Positions 52,422 to 64,000 of a DNA stretch of 64,000 nucleotides are shown one piece after another. Numbering within the stretch: the stretch's first letter is position 1; each line of letters starts with the position of its first letter. The stretch covers positions 368,280,001 to 368,344,000 of the forward strand of contig OZ024741.1 in assembly GCA_964016885.1 (NCBI GenBank), written 5' to 3'. Made by a program: the position numbers and the translations under genes. Under the pieces are notes generated by a model. The model had not been told where the DNA came from, searched no databases, and saw only the letters and a list, made by a program, of their open reading frames with translations. The stretch comes from Eledone cirrhosa (Eukaryota).

Positions 52422-54668
52422 TCATCATCATCAACGTTTAACGTCCGTGTTCCACGCTTGCATGGGTTTGGACGGGGGTAGTCCCACTTGAGGCAAGAGT
52501 GATTGTCTTGCTCGCATAGGACTGTCTGGCAGGTTTTCTACAGTTGGATGCCCTTCCTAACACCAACCACATTTACAGTGTGGGTCTGGGAGGTTTTTAC
52601 CGTGTTGCCTACACGGCCACATTACAGCGTGGACTGTGTGTTTTTTTGTCGTGACACCTACACGATCTCATTTGTTTCGGCCTCGATGGCGCGGCACCAA
52701 CATAACTTTACATAGAACGGGGTGGTGTGGATCGGGTGGGGGTGGTGGGACGGGGTGTATTTTGTTAGAGATGCCTACTGGCTGGAGTAGGTTTTACTAT
52801 ATATTTAGGTAAGGCGGGTCTTCTCTGTTACTGAGTACCGCCAAAGGTCTCGGTCCAGTGACATTGTCTTGGAGAGGTGTAAGTGTGTGATGTCGGAGTT
52901 TATCAGCTCGTCCCAGGTTTTTCTAGGTCTGCCTATTCCGTGACTACCGTCTATCTTTATTGCCCTGCACTTTATTATACAGCTATCGACTTTCATGCGC
53001 ATCACGTGTCCATACCAACGTAGCCTTCTCTCGAGTAAACAACATCTGATCCCTCTTATCTCTAATTTATTCCTTAGTTCGTTTATGCTTTGCCGTTCAC
53101 GTATATTACTGTTACACATCCAGCGGAGCATGCAAGCTTCGTTCCTCTCTAGTCTGCGTATATCCTCTGCACACAATGCCCAGGTCTCACTGCCATGCAG
53201 CATTGCTGTTCGTATGCAGGCATCGTACAACCTGCCTTTCATTTTTAGTGAGAACCCTTTAGCAGCTAATAGTGGTATAAGCTCTCTGAACTTTTTCCAA
53301 CCAGTTCTGACTCTAGCTACAGTACTTTCAGAGCACCCTCCCCCACTGCTGATTTTATCGCCCAGGTAACGGAAGCTGTCCACTATTTCTATAGAACCCT
53401 CTGCGCAATTGAAAGAGCTAGTAGTTTGTGGGCACTTGCTGCTACTTATTGCACCAGAGCACCGGCCACATGTAAAATCTATGTTCTTAGTTAGCCTACC
53501 TGTGATCCCACTACATCTTTTATGCACCCATACTTTGCATTTAGGACATAAAATGGAGTTTCTACCTACGCCTTTCCTACACACCGAGCACGACCATTTC
53601 CCAGAAGGGACCGCCGCCTTGTTTTCTTTCCTACAAACTAGTACTTTGGTCTTAGCCAGGTTAATTTTAAGTCCTTTTGACTCTAGGCCGTGCTTCCATG
53701 TTTGGAATTTCTTCTCTAGCTCGGCCATTGATTCCGCTATGAGTGTCAGGTCGTCTGCGTATAGGAGTTCCCATGGGCAGCCTGTCTTGAACTCCTCTGT
53801 TATGGCCTGAAGGGCAATAATAAATAGTAGTGGACTGAGAACAGAGCCCTGATGGACGCCGACTTTTACGCTAAACTCTTCACTATATTCGTTGTTAATT
53901 CTAACCTTGCTGACTGTTTCTTTATACATGGCTTGTATAGCCCTCACAAGCCATTCGTCAACGCCTAGTTTTCTAAGAGCCCACCAGATAATGGAGCGGG
54001 GGACTCTGTCGAAGGCTTTCTCCAAGTCGACAAAAGCTAAGTAGAGGGGTTTACCTTTAGCTAGGTACTTCTCTTGTAGTTGTCGTACTATGAAAAGAGC
54101 GTCTGTGGTACTTTTGCCTGACACAAACCCGAACTGCATTTCATCTAGGTCAATTCTCTCTCTGATTAGTTGCGCTATTACTCTTTCCGTGACCTTCATG
54201 ACCTGGTCGATTAATTTAATGCCTCTATAGTTACTCCTATCTAGGGCGTCTCCTTTACCCTTATAACAGTTAACGATGATGCTGCTATGCCAGTCCTTCG
54301 GAACAACCCCGTTCTGTACGACTTGGTTAACTATGCGGGTGACCATGGTGTGTCCCACCGTGCCAGATGCCTTCAGCATCTCAGCAACTATTTCCGAAGG
54401 CCCAGCCGCCTTACCAGTCTTCATATCCTTGATTGCCTTACTTATTATACTCCCCTCGACTAACACTGCTGGTCCCTCTATTGGGTCGATATGGGGGAGA
54501 CTGCCTTTCTCCCAATTATTCTCCTCATTTAGAAGCCTTTCATAGTGACACTTCCAAGCTACCTTCTTATCAGCGTCGGTGATGGCAAGTGTGCCATCGT
54601 CGTTTAGTACACACTTCTCCCCGACAATATCACGGTTGTACACACTTCTCCCCGACAATATCACGGTT
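52422..54668 (-). mobile_element. Young 5'-truncated RTE LINE; RT ORF open 52805-54637
   Basis: RT motifs, full 3' UTR, (GAT)n tail. Confidence 0.94.
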
Positions 54669-55647
<979 letters not shown>

Positions 55648-58373
55648 AAATTTAGGTATAATACAATGTAGTGATAATATATCGTTACGTTAGATGAACA
55701 GCGTACGTGCAGGTTTGCTCAACGAGTATAAATTATATTCCGGAGAAATATAGAAAGGATGAATATAAAATGAAAGTGCTTTTGTTAAAAAAGGAATTTA
55801 TTAGGTATTGACATATGTTTCTGTAATAGACCGAATACCTATGTATCGCTGCTTGCGTAATCATATAATGATAGCAAGTATTCGAAAGCAAATGTATAAT
55901 CAGTTGTCACTTCTTCAGAGATTTTGGATAAACTGGATAAAATCGATTTTGGATAAACTGGATAAAATCGATACTAACCCTAATATTAGACTTATATGCC
56001 CCTCTAAATCTGATATAGGTAAAATTAGCAAATATATACTAGACAGAATTATCCCCCAAGTTAAGGTTAAAGTAGAGATTAAACTATGGGGTAACACTCA
56101 TGAAGCAATAAGATGGTTTAACAACATTACTGATAAGAAAAAATCAAATTTATTCAGTTTGATATTGATGAATATTATTCCTCAATTTCACCTGATACTC
56201 TACATGAAGCTCTTTCGTTCGCTAAGGATAATTCCGACCTTACGGATGCTGAAATTAAAATTATTATGGAAGCGAGAAAAACTATAGTTAAATTCGATGA
56301 TAGCTCCTGGGTTCGCAAAGATAGACCTTCTAATTTTGATATCACTATGGGTTCTAATGATTCGGCGGAAGTAACAGATCTTGTGGGAATTTATATCACC
56401 CACAGATTACAAGGAAAATTCAAGGATCTCCACGGTGGAATCTACCGTGACGATGCGCTCCTATTAGTTAAGCATATGAATAACCAGAATTTAGAAAGGA
56501 TGCGTAAAAATATCAGAAAACTTTTTAAAGAACTAGGATTAAATATTACATTTGAATATAACCTCAAAGAGGTCAATTTCCTTGATGTTACTTTCAATCT
56601 CAATACAGATACGATTAAACCGTTCCACAAACTAAATGAGAACCTTAAATATGTAAATACGAGTTCTAACCATCCACTCTCTATAATTAAATCCATCCCT
56701 AGAAATGTTTCTCTTAGAATCTCCCGCCTATCGTCCAACCAACAAACCTTCAAAGAACATGCCGAGTATTATGATGATGCACTTAGGAAAGCCGGTCACC
56801 TAGATAATATAGAATATATAGTCAATGAACACCAAAACACCCAAAATAAATCACATAGGAGTAGAAATAGCACAGAATCACCACCATACATACACTACCG
56901 CAATAGACACAATAATAGTCGCACACCACCAAACAGAAGGCGATGTAAGGAGTATATCTGGTACAACCCGGTCTATAACAAATCTATTAAAACCAATCTA
57001 CCCTCAAAATTCTTTCGATTAGTTAGAAAACACTTTCCAACATCACATAAATATAATAAAATCTTAAACCCTAACACTATTCAACTTTCATATTCAACCG
57101 CCCCTAATATTGAACAACATATAAAAAAGCTTAACGCAAAACGGTTGTATAAACGCCTTCCAACACATAACAATACACGTAAAACATTAGCTATAACATC
57201 ACAAAACAACAAACAACATCCTGTCCTACATAAGCAACCTCATCAACCCATCCATGGCAATACAACAACGCAAAATTGTAATTGCAACTGTATCCAACCA
57301 GGAATGTGTCCGTTGAACAATCAGTGTCTTGAACGCAACATCGTATACAAATGTACTATCGAATCAGATAGACAGAAGTGGTACTATGTGGGATCTACAG
57401 CCACCTCCTTCAAATCACGCCTTTATAGACATCGTTATTCGATAAAACATGAAAACCAGCGTTATGTAACAACACTCGCAGACAAGGCTTGGCAGCTGCG
57501 TGAAAATAACCAACAATTTCACCTAAAATGGGATATAATAGCGACTGCCCCCCCCCCCCCCCCCCCCCCCCATATTCCAATGGACAGGAATTTTGTAAAT
57601 TATGTAATGTAGAATTATTTTGTATTATGAAATCCAAAAACATTTTATTAAATAACAGAATAGAGCGATCGTTATACTGTAACCATCGCTTAAAATCTAC
57701 ATTTTCATATTATTATAAATACTACCAGGATTGAACGCCTGTCTCTATCCCCGTTTGATTGTCAAAATAGATATGAACATTCTTTATTAGTCTTAATTCT
57801 ATCAACTCTTCTATTATTTACCTTTTAATACAAACTGCTATAGATAAAATGAGATTTCTGATTTCTTGATTCAATTCCCTAGTGCATATACCAGCTGGCT
57901 ACTAGCATTGATGTTATTTAGTAGCAATCGAAATCTCCCCCTTCCCCAATTGACACTTTATAATTAATACTACTGCACCAAATGACCAGCCCTGTCCACT
58001 GTCCAGTTGGTCAAGTAGAGATTAAAATTGGCACTCCCAAAATTCTTATTTAGATTTACTCATGGTATTCTCATTAAAAACCCATTATATACTTGTTTAG
58101 CAGTAAATTATTTTACCATCTGTCATATTCTATCCCCTCTGTTCCTTCCTCTTTTACTAATATAAATACTTCAATTTTTCTGATTTTATCCAGTTTATCC
58201 AAAATCTCTGAAGAAGTGACAACTGATTATACATTTGCTTTCGAATATTTGCTAACATTATATGATTACGCAAGCAGCGATACATAGGTATTCGGTCTAT
58301 TACAGAAACATATGTCAATACCTAATAAATTCCTTTTTTAACAAAAGCACTTTCATTTTATATTCATCCTTTC

Positions 58374-58378
<5 letters not shown>
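55648..58378 (+). mobile_element. Naiad-type PLE C with ~197-bp inverted terminal arms
   Basis: 55748-55944 inverted versus 58182-58378; unpaired tail 55648-55747. Confidence 0.9.
55970..57734 (+). pseudogene. Naiad-C RT + GIY-YIG, frameshifted at an A-run (~56140) and a C24 run (57548-57571)
   Basis: IRLICPSKSDIGKISK, FDITMGSNDSAEV, GIYRDD, IWYNP, CNC..CPL..C..NIVYKC..YVGST, CKLC. Confidence 0.9.
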
Positions 58379-58436
<58 letters not shown>

Positions 58437-58450
58437 GTATATATGTATAT

Positions 58451-59655
58451 ATTCATAGCTGAATCAATGGCCGAGCTAGAGAAGAAATTCCAAACATGGA
58501 AGCACGGCCTAGAATCAAAAGGCCTTAAAATTAACCTGGCTAAGACTAAAGTTCTAGTTTGTAAGAAAGAAAATAAGGCGGCGGTACCCTCCGGGAAGTG
58601 GCCATGCGCAGAGTGTAGGAAAGGTGTAGGTAGAAATTCCATTTTGTGTCCCAAATGCAAAGTTTAGGTGCATAAAAGATGTAGTGGGATCACAGGTAAG
58701 CTAACTAAGAACATAGATTTTACATGTGGCCGGTGTTCTGGGGCAATAAGTAGCAGCAAGTGCCCACAAAATACTAGCTCTTTCAACTGCGCAGAGGGTT
58801 CTATAGAAATAGTGGACAGCTTCCGTTACCTGGGTGACAAAATCAGCAGTGGGGGAGGGTGCTCTGAAAGTACAGTAGCTAGAGTCAGAACTGGGTGGAA
58901 AAAGTTCAGAGAGGTTATACCACTATTAGCCGCTAAAGGGTTCTCCCTAAAAATGAAAGGCAGGCTGTACGATGCCTGCATACGAACAGCAATGTTGCAT
59001 GGCAGTGAGACCTGGGCATTGTGTGCAGAGGATATACGCAGACTAGAGAGAAACGAAGCTTGCATGCTCCGCTGGATGTGTAATAGTAATATACGTGAAC
59101 GACAAAGCATAAACGAACTAAGGAAAAAATTAGAAATAAGAGGGATCAGATGTTGTTAACTAGAGAGAAGGCTACGTTGGTATGGTCACGTGATGCGCAT
59201 GAAGGACGATAGCTGTATAACAAAGTGCAGGGCAATAAAGATAGACGGTAGCCACGGAATAGGCAGACCCAGAAAAACCTGGGACGAGCTGATAAACTCC
59301 GACCTCACACACTTACACCTCACCAAGGCAATGTCACTGGACCGAGACCTTTGGCGGTACTCAGTAATAGAGAAGACCCACCTTACCTAGATACAAAGTA
59401 AAACCTACTACAGTCAGTAGGCATCTCTAACAAAATACACCCCTGTCCCACCCCATCCACACCGCCCCCTTCTATGTAAAGTTATGTTGGTGCCACACTA
59501 TCCAGGCCGAAACAAATGAGATCGTGTAGGTGTCACGACAAAAAAACACACAGTCCACGCTGTAATGTGGCCGTGTAGGCAACACGGTAAAAACCTCCCA
59601 GACCCACACTGTACATGTGGTTGGTGTTAGGAAGGGCATCCAACTGTAGAAAACC
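58451..59655 (+). pseudogene. RTE LINE fragment with nonsense mutations, lacking terminal tail
   Basis: ORF pieces 58419-58667, 58668-59159, 59190-59390; UTR stops at ctgtagaaaacc. Confidence 0.92.
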
Positions 59656-59666
59656 CCTCGGGGGGG

Positions 59667-61080
59667 GGGGTGTATTTTGTTACAGATGCCTACTGGCTGT
59701 AGTAGGTTTTACTATGTATTTAGGTAAGGCGGGTCTTCTCTGTTACTGAGTACCCGCCAAAGGTCTCGGTCAAGTGACATTGTCTTGGAGAAATGTAAGT
59801 GTGTGAGGTCGGAGTTTATCAGCTCATCCCAGGTTTTTCTAGGTCTGCCTATTCCGTGGCTACCGTCTATCTTTATTGCCCTGCACTTTGTTATACAGCT
59901 ATCGACTTTCATGCGCATCACGTGTCCATACCAACGTAGCCTTCTCTCGAGTAAACAACATCTGATCCCTCTTATTTCTAATTTTTTCCTTAGTTCGTTT
60001 ATGCTTTGCCGTTCACGTATATTACTGTTACACATCCAGCGGAGCATGCAAGCTTCGTTCCTCTCTAGTCTGCGTATATCCTCTGCACACAATGCTCAGG
60101 TCTCACTGCCATGGAACATTGCTGTTCGTATGCAGGCATCGTACAACCTGCCTTTCATTTTTAGGGAGAACCCTTTAGCAGCTAATAGTGGTATAAGCTC
60201 TCTGAACTTTTTCCAACTAGTTCTGACTCTAGCTACTGTACTTTCAGAGCACCCTCCCCCACTGCTGATTTTATCACCCAGGTAACGGAAACTGTCCACT
60301 ATTTCTATAGAACCCTCTGCGCAATTGAAAGAGCTAGTATTTTCTGGGCACTTGCTGCTACTTATTGCACCAGAGCACCGGCCACATGTAAAATCTATGT
60401 TCTTAATTAGCTTATCTGTGATCCCACTACATCTTTTATGCACCCATACTTTGCATTTAGGACATAAAATGGAGTTTCTACCTACGCCTTTCCTACACAC
60501 CGAGCACGACCATTTCCCAGAAGGGATCGCCGCCTTATTTTCTTTCCTACAAACTAGAACTTTAGTCTTAGCCAGGTTAATTTTAAGGCCTTTTGATTCT
60601 AGGCCGTGCTTCCATGTTTGGAATTTCTTCTCTAGCTCGGCCATTGATTCCGCTATGAGTGTCAGGTCGTCTGCGTATAGGAGTTCCCATGGGCAGCCGG
60701 TCTTGAACTCCTCTATTATAGCCTGAAGGGCAATAATAAATAGTAGGGGGCTGAGAACAGAGCCCTGATGGACGCCAACTATTACGCTAAACTCTTCACT
60801 ATATTCGTTGTTAATTCTAACCTTGCTGACTGTTTCTTTATACATGGCTTGTATAGCTCTCACAAGCCATTCGTCAACGCCTAGTTTTCTAAGAGCCCAC
60901 CAGATAATGGAGCGGGGGACTCTGTCGAAGGCTTTCTCCAAGTCGACAAAAGCTAAGTAGAGGGGTTTACCTTTAGCTAGGTACTTCTCCTGTAGTTGTC
61001 GTACAATGAAAAGAGCGTCTGTGGTACTTTTGCCTGACACAAACCCGAACTGCATTTCATCTAGGTCAATTCTCTCTCTG
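59667..61080 (-). pseudogene. RTE LINE fragment, truncated at both ends, stop at 60096
   Basis: ORFs 60096-61080 and 59712-60092. Confidence 0.92.
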
Positions 61081-61134
61081 TATATATATATGTATATATA
61101 TATATATGTATATATATATATGTATATACATATG

Positions 61135-61172
<38 letters not shown>

Positions 61173-61180
61173 CATATACA

Positions 61181-63979
61181 TATCATCATCATCATCATCA
61201 TCATCATCAGCGTTTAACGTCCGTGTTCCACGCTTGCATGGGTTTGGACGGGGGTAGTCCCACTTGAGGCAAGAGTGATTGTCTTGCTCGCATAGGACTG
61301 TCTGGCAGGTTTTCTACAGTTGGATGCCCTTCCTAACACCAACCACATTTACAGTGTGGGTCTGGGAGGTTTTTACCGTGTTGCCTACACGGCCACATTA
61401 CAGCGTGGACTGTGTGTTTTTTTGTCGTGACACCTACACGATCTCATTTGTTTCAGCCTCGATGGCGCGGCACCAACATAACTTTACATAGAACGGGGTG
61501 GTGTGGATCGGGTGGGGGTGGTGGGACGGGGTGTATTTGTTAGAGATGCCTACTGGCTGGAGTAGGTTTTACTATATATTTAGGTAAGGCGGGTCTTCTC
61601 TGTTACTGAGTACCGCCAAAGGTCTCGGTCCAGTGACATTGTCTTGGAGAGGTGTAAGTGTGTGATGTCGGAGTTTATCAGCTCGTCCCAGGTTTTTCTA
61701 GGTCTGCCTATTCCGTGACTACCGTCTATCTTTATTGCCCTGCACTTTGTTATACAGCTATCGACTTTCATGCGCATCACGTGTCCATACCAACGTAGCC
61801 TTCTCTCGAGTAAACAACATCTGATCCCTCTTATCTCTAATTTATTCCTTAGTTCGTTTATGCTTTGCCGTTCACGTATATTACTGTTACACATCCAGCG
61901 GAGCATGCAAGCTTCGTTCCTCTCTAGTCTGCGTATATCCTCTGCACACAATGCCCAGGTCTCACTGCCATGCAGCATTGCTGTTCGTATGCAGGCATCG
62001 TACAACCTGCCTTTCATTTTTAGTGAGAACCCTTTAGCAGCTAATAGTGGTATAAGCTCTCTGAACTTTTTCCAACCAGTTCTGACTCTAGCTACAGTAC
62101 TTTCAGAGCACCCTCCCCCACTGCTGATTTTATCGCCCAGGTAACGGAAGCTGTCCACTATTTCTATAGAACCCTCTGCGCAATTGAAAGAGCTAGTAGT
62201 TTGTGGGCACTTGCTGCTACTTATTGCACCAGAGCACCGGCCACATGTAAAATCTATGTTCTTAGTTAGCCTACCTGTGATCCCACTACATCTTTTATGC
62301 ACCCATACTTTGCATTTAGGACATAAAATGGAGTTTCTACCTACGCCTTTCCTACACACCGAGCACGACCATTTCCCAGAAGGGACCGCCGCCTTGTTTT
62401 CTTTCCTACAAACTAGTACTTTGGTCTTAGCCAGGTTAATTTTAAGTCCTTTTGACTCTAGGCCGTGCTTCCATGTTTGGAATTTCTTCTCTAGCTCGGC
62501 CATTGATTCCGCTATGAGTGTCAGGTCGTCTGCGTATAGGAGTTCCCATGGGCAGCCTGTCTTGAACTCCTCTGTTATGGCCTGAAGGGCAATAATAAAT
62601 AGTAGTGGACTGAGAACAGAGCCCTGATGGACGCCGACTTTTACGCTAAACTCTTCACTATATTCGTTGTTAATTCTAACCTTGCTGACTGTTTCTTTAT
62701 ACATGGCTTGTATAGCCCTCACAAGCCATTCGTCAACGCCTAGTTTTCTAAGAGCCCACCAGATAATGGAGCGGGGGACTCTGTCGAAGGCTTTCTCCAA
62801 GTCGACAAAAGCTAAGTAGAGGGGTTTACCTTTAGCTAGGTACTTCTCTTGTAGTTGTCGTACTATGAAAAGAGCGTCTGTGGTACTTTTGCCTGACACA
62901 AACCCGAACTGCATTTCATCTAGGTCAATTCTCTCTCTGATTAGTTGCGCTATTACTCTTTCCGTGACCTTCATGACCTGGTCGATTAATTTAATGCCTC
63001 TATAGTTACTCCTATCTAGGGCGTCTCCTTTACCCTTATAACAGTTAACGATGATGCTGCTATGCCAGTCCTTCGGAACAACCCCGTTTTGTACGACTTG
63101 GTTAACTATGCGGGTGACCATGGTGTGTCCCACCGTGCCAGATGCCTTCAGCATCTCAGCAACTATTTCCGAAGGCCCAGCCGCCTTACCAGTCTTCATA
63201 TCCTTGATTGCCTTACTTATTATACTCCCCTCGACTAACACTGCTGGTCCCTCTATTGGGTCGATATGGGGGAGACTGCCTTTCTCCCAATTATTCTCCT
63301 CATTTAGAAGCCTTTCATAGTGACACTTCCAAGCTACCTTCTTATCAGCGTCGGTGATGGCAAGTGTGCCATCGTCGTTTAGTACACACTTCTCCCCGAC
63401 AATATCACGGTTTTCCTTGACGCATTGCCTAGCAATCCTGAACACCTCACGTTTTTGGTCATCGCGTTGTAGAACATGCTTGAACTTTCTTTCCTCAGCT
63501 TCCCTTCTTGCTAAGTACACTTGTCTCCTAGCTTCCCTCCTGGCCACTTGATAGTCCTCTCTACTTCCCCCATCCCGCCATACTTTCCAAGCCTGCTTTT
63601 TGGCCTTAATTGACCCCTCCACCTTACTGTTCCACCACCATGTTACTCTCCTCCTGCCTACAGGCCTGCTCCAGCCACAGACCTCGTCTGTCGCCAACAG
63701 CAGGTTTGCTTTCAGAAATTCCCACTCTCCCTCTATATTGTCCGACTCTAAATGTTCTTCCTTACTGTCGAAAGCATCAAGTAATATGCTTTGAAATTTA
63801 TTCCTGGCTGTGGGGTCCTTTAACTTCCATATTTTCCTCCTGAGGATAGTCCTCTTCTGTTGTCGAGTACGTCTCGTCCTGACTATGAGGTCGCTAATTA
63901 TCAGTCTATGTTGGGAGGTGCATTCTTCATGGGGGAGGGATTTAGTGTTAACAACAGACACTCTGTCACGTCTTCTGGT
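61181..63979 (-). mobile_element. Young RTE LINE, longest copy, 5'-truncated within the endonuclease
   Basis: (GAT)n tail, 3' UTR, open ORF, TA tract after 63979. Confidence 0.94.
61580..63961 (-). CDS. RTE ORF (AP-endonuclease C-terminus, RT, PHD-like finger), 793 aa open
   Basis: SQHRLI (APE SDH-like motif), WWWN, NYRGIKL, DLEKAFD, YADD, CSVC..CPKC..HKRC..CGRC. Confidence 0.94.
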   Translation of the reverse strand: MSVVNTKSLPHEECTSQHRLIISDLIVRTRRTRQQKRTILRRKIWKLKDPTARNKFQSILLDAFDSKEEHLESDNIEGEWEFLKANLLLATDEVCGWSRPVGRRRVTWWWNSKVEGSIKAKKQAWKVWRDGGSREDYQVARREARRQVYLARREAEERKFKHVLQRDDQKREVFRIARQCVKENRDIVGEKCVLNDDGTLAITDADKKVAWKCHYERLLNEENNWEKGSLPHIDPIEGPAVLVEGSIISKAIKDMKTGKAAGPSEIVAEMLKASGTVGHTMVTRIVNQVVQNGVVPKDWHSSIIVNCYKGKGDALDRSNYRGIKLIDQVMKVTERVIAQLIRERIDLDEMQFGFVSGKSTTDALFIVRQLQEKYLAKGKPLYLAFVDLEKAFDRVPRSIIWWALRKLGVDEWLVRAIQAMYKETVSKVRINNEYSEEFSVKVGVHQGSVLSPLLFIIALQAITEEFKTGCPWELLYADDLTLIAESMAELEKKFQTWKHGLESKGLKINLAKTKVLVCRKENKAAVPSGKWSCSVCRKGVGRNSILCPKCKVWVHKRCSGITGRLTKNIDFTCGRCSGAISSSKCPQTTSSFNCAEGSIEIVDSFRYLGDKISSGGGCSESTVARVRTGWKKFRELIPLLAAKGFSLKMKGRLYDACIRTAMLHGSETWALCAEDIRRLERNEACMLRWMCNSNIRERQSINELRNKLEIRGIRCCLLERRLRWYGHVMRMKVDSCITKCRAIKIDGSHGIGRPRKTWDELINSDITHLHLSKTMSLDRDLWRYSVTEKTRLT

Positions 63980-64000
63980 ATATATATATATATATATATA

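Noticed and set aside
57548-57571. C24 run as a programmed frameshift or polyproline motif
   Set aside because: More simply a homopolymer expansion or sequencing error in an already frameshifted copy.

Overview
Eukaryotic repeat-dominated window with no recognisable host gene. The SINE/RTE sequence style suggests an octopod cephalopod (inference). About 24 kb (hand estimate) is interrupted (TA)n microsatellite, which produces all the long Y/I/M/C/V/H/T 'ORFs'. These tracts hold a dense set of retroelement insertions: three Naiad-type Penelope-like elements (RT + C-terminal GIY-YIG), one other Penelope-like element (PLE), a non-coding inverted-repeat element with hammerhead ribozymes, about 9 RTE-clade LINE copies or fragments, two CR1-group LINE copies, a deleted Gypsy LTR element, a tRNA-derived SINE, and two copies of a ~610-bp RTE-5'UTR-like non-autonomous element. 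There is a 200-N gap. Main signals: (1) four PLE-related insertions share one architecture, in which an inverted arm starts at a fixed internal TA-containing site 80-165 nt from the 3' end; (2) a ~165-nt multi-hairpin 3' tail with compensatory changes occurs twice, once on its own; (3) several minimal or variant hammerhead ribozymes are present; (4) the TA tracts are strand-polarised, (TA)nTG versus CA(TA)n, with a switch at the gap and local fold-back islands. Coordinates were read by eye and may be off by a few bases.
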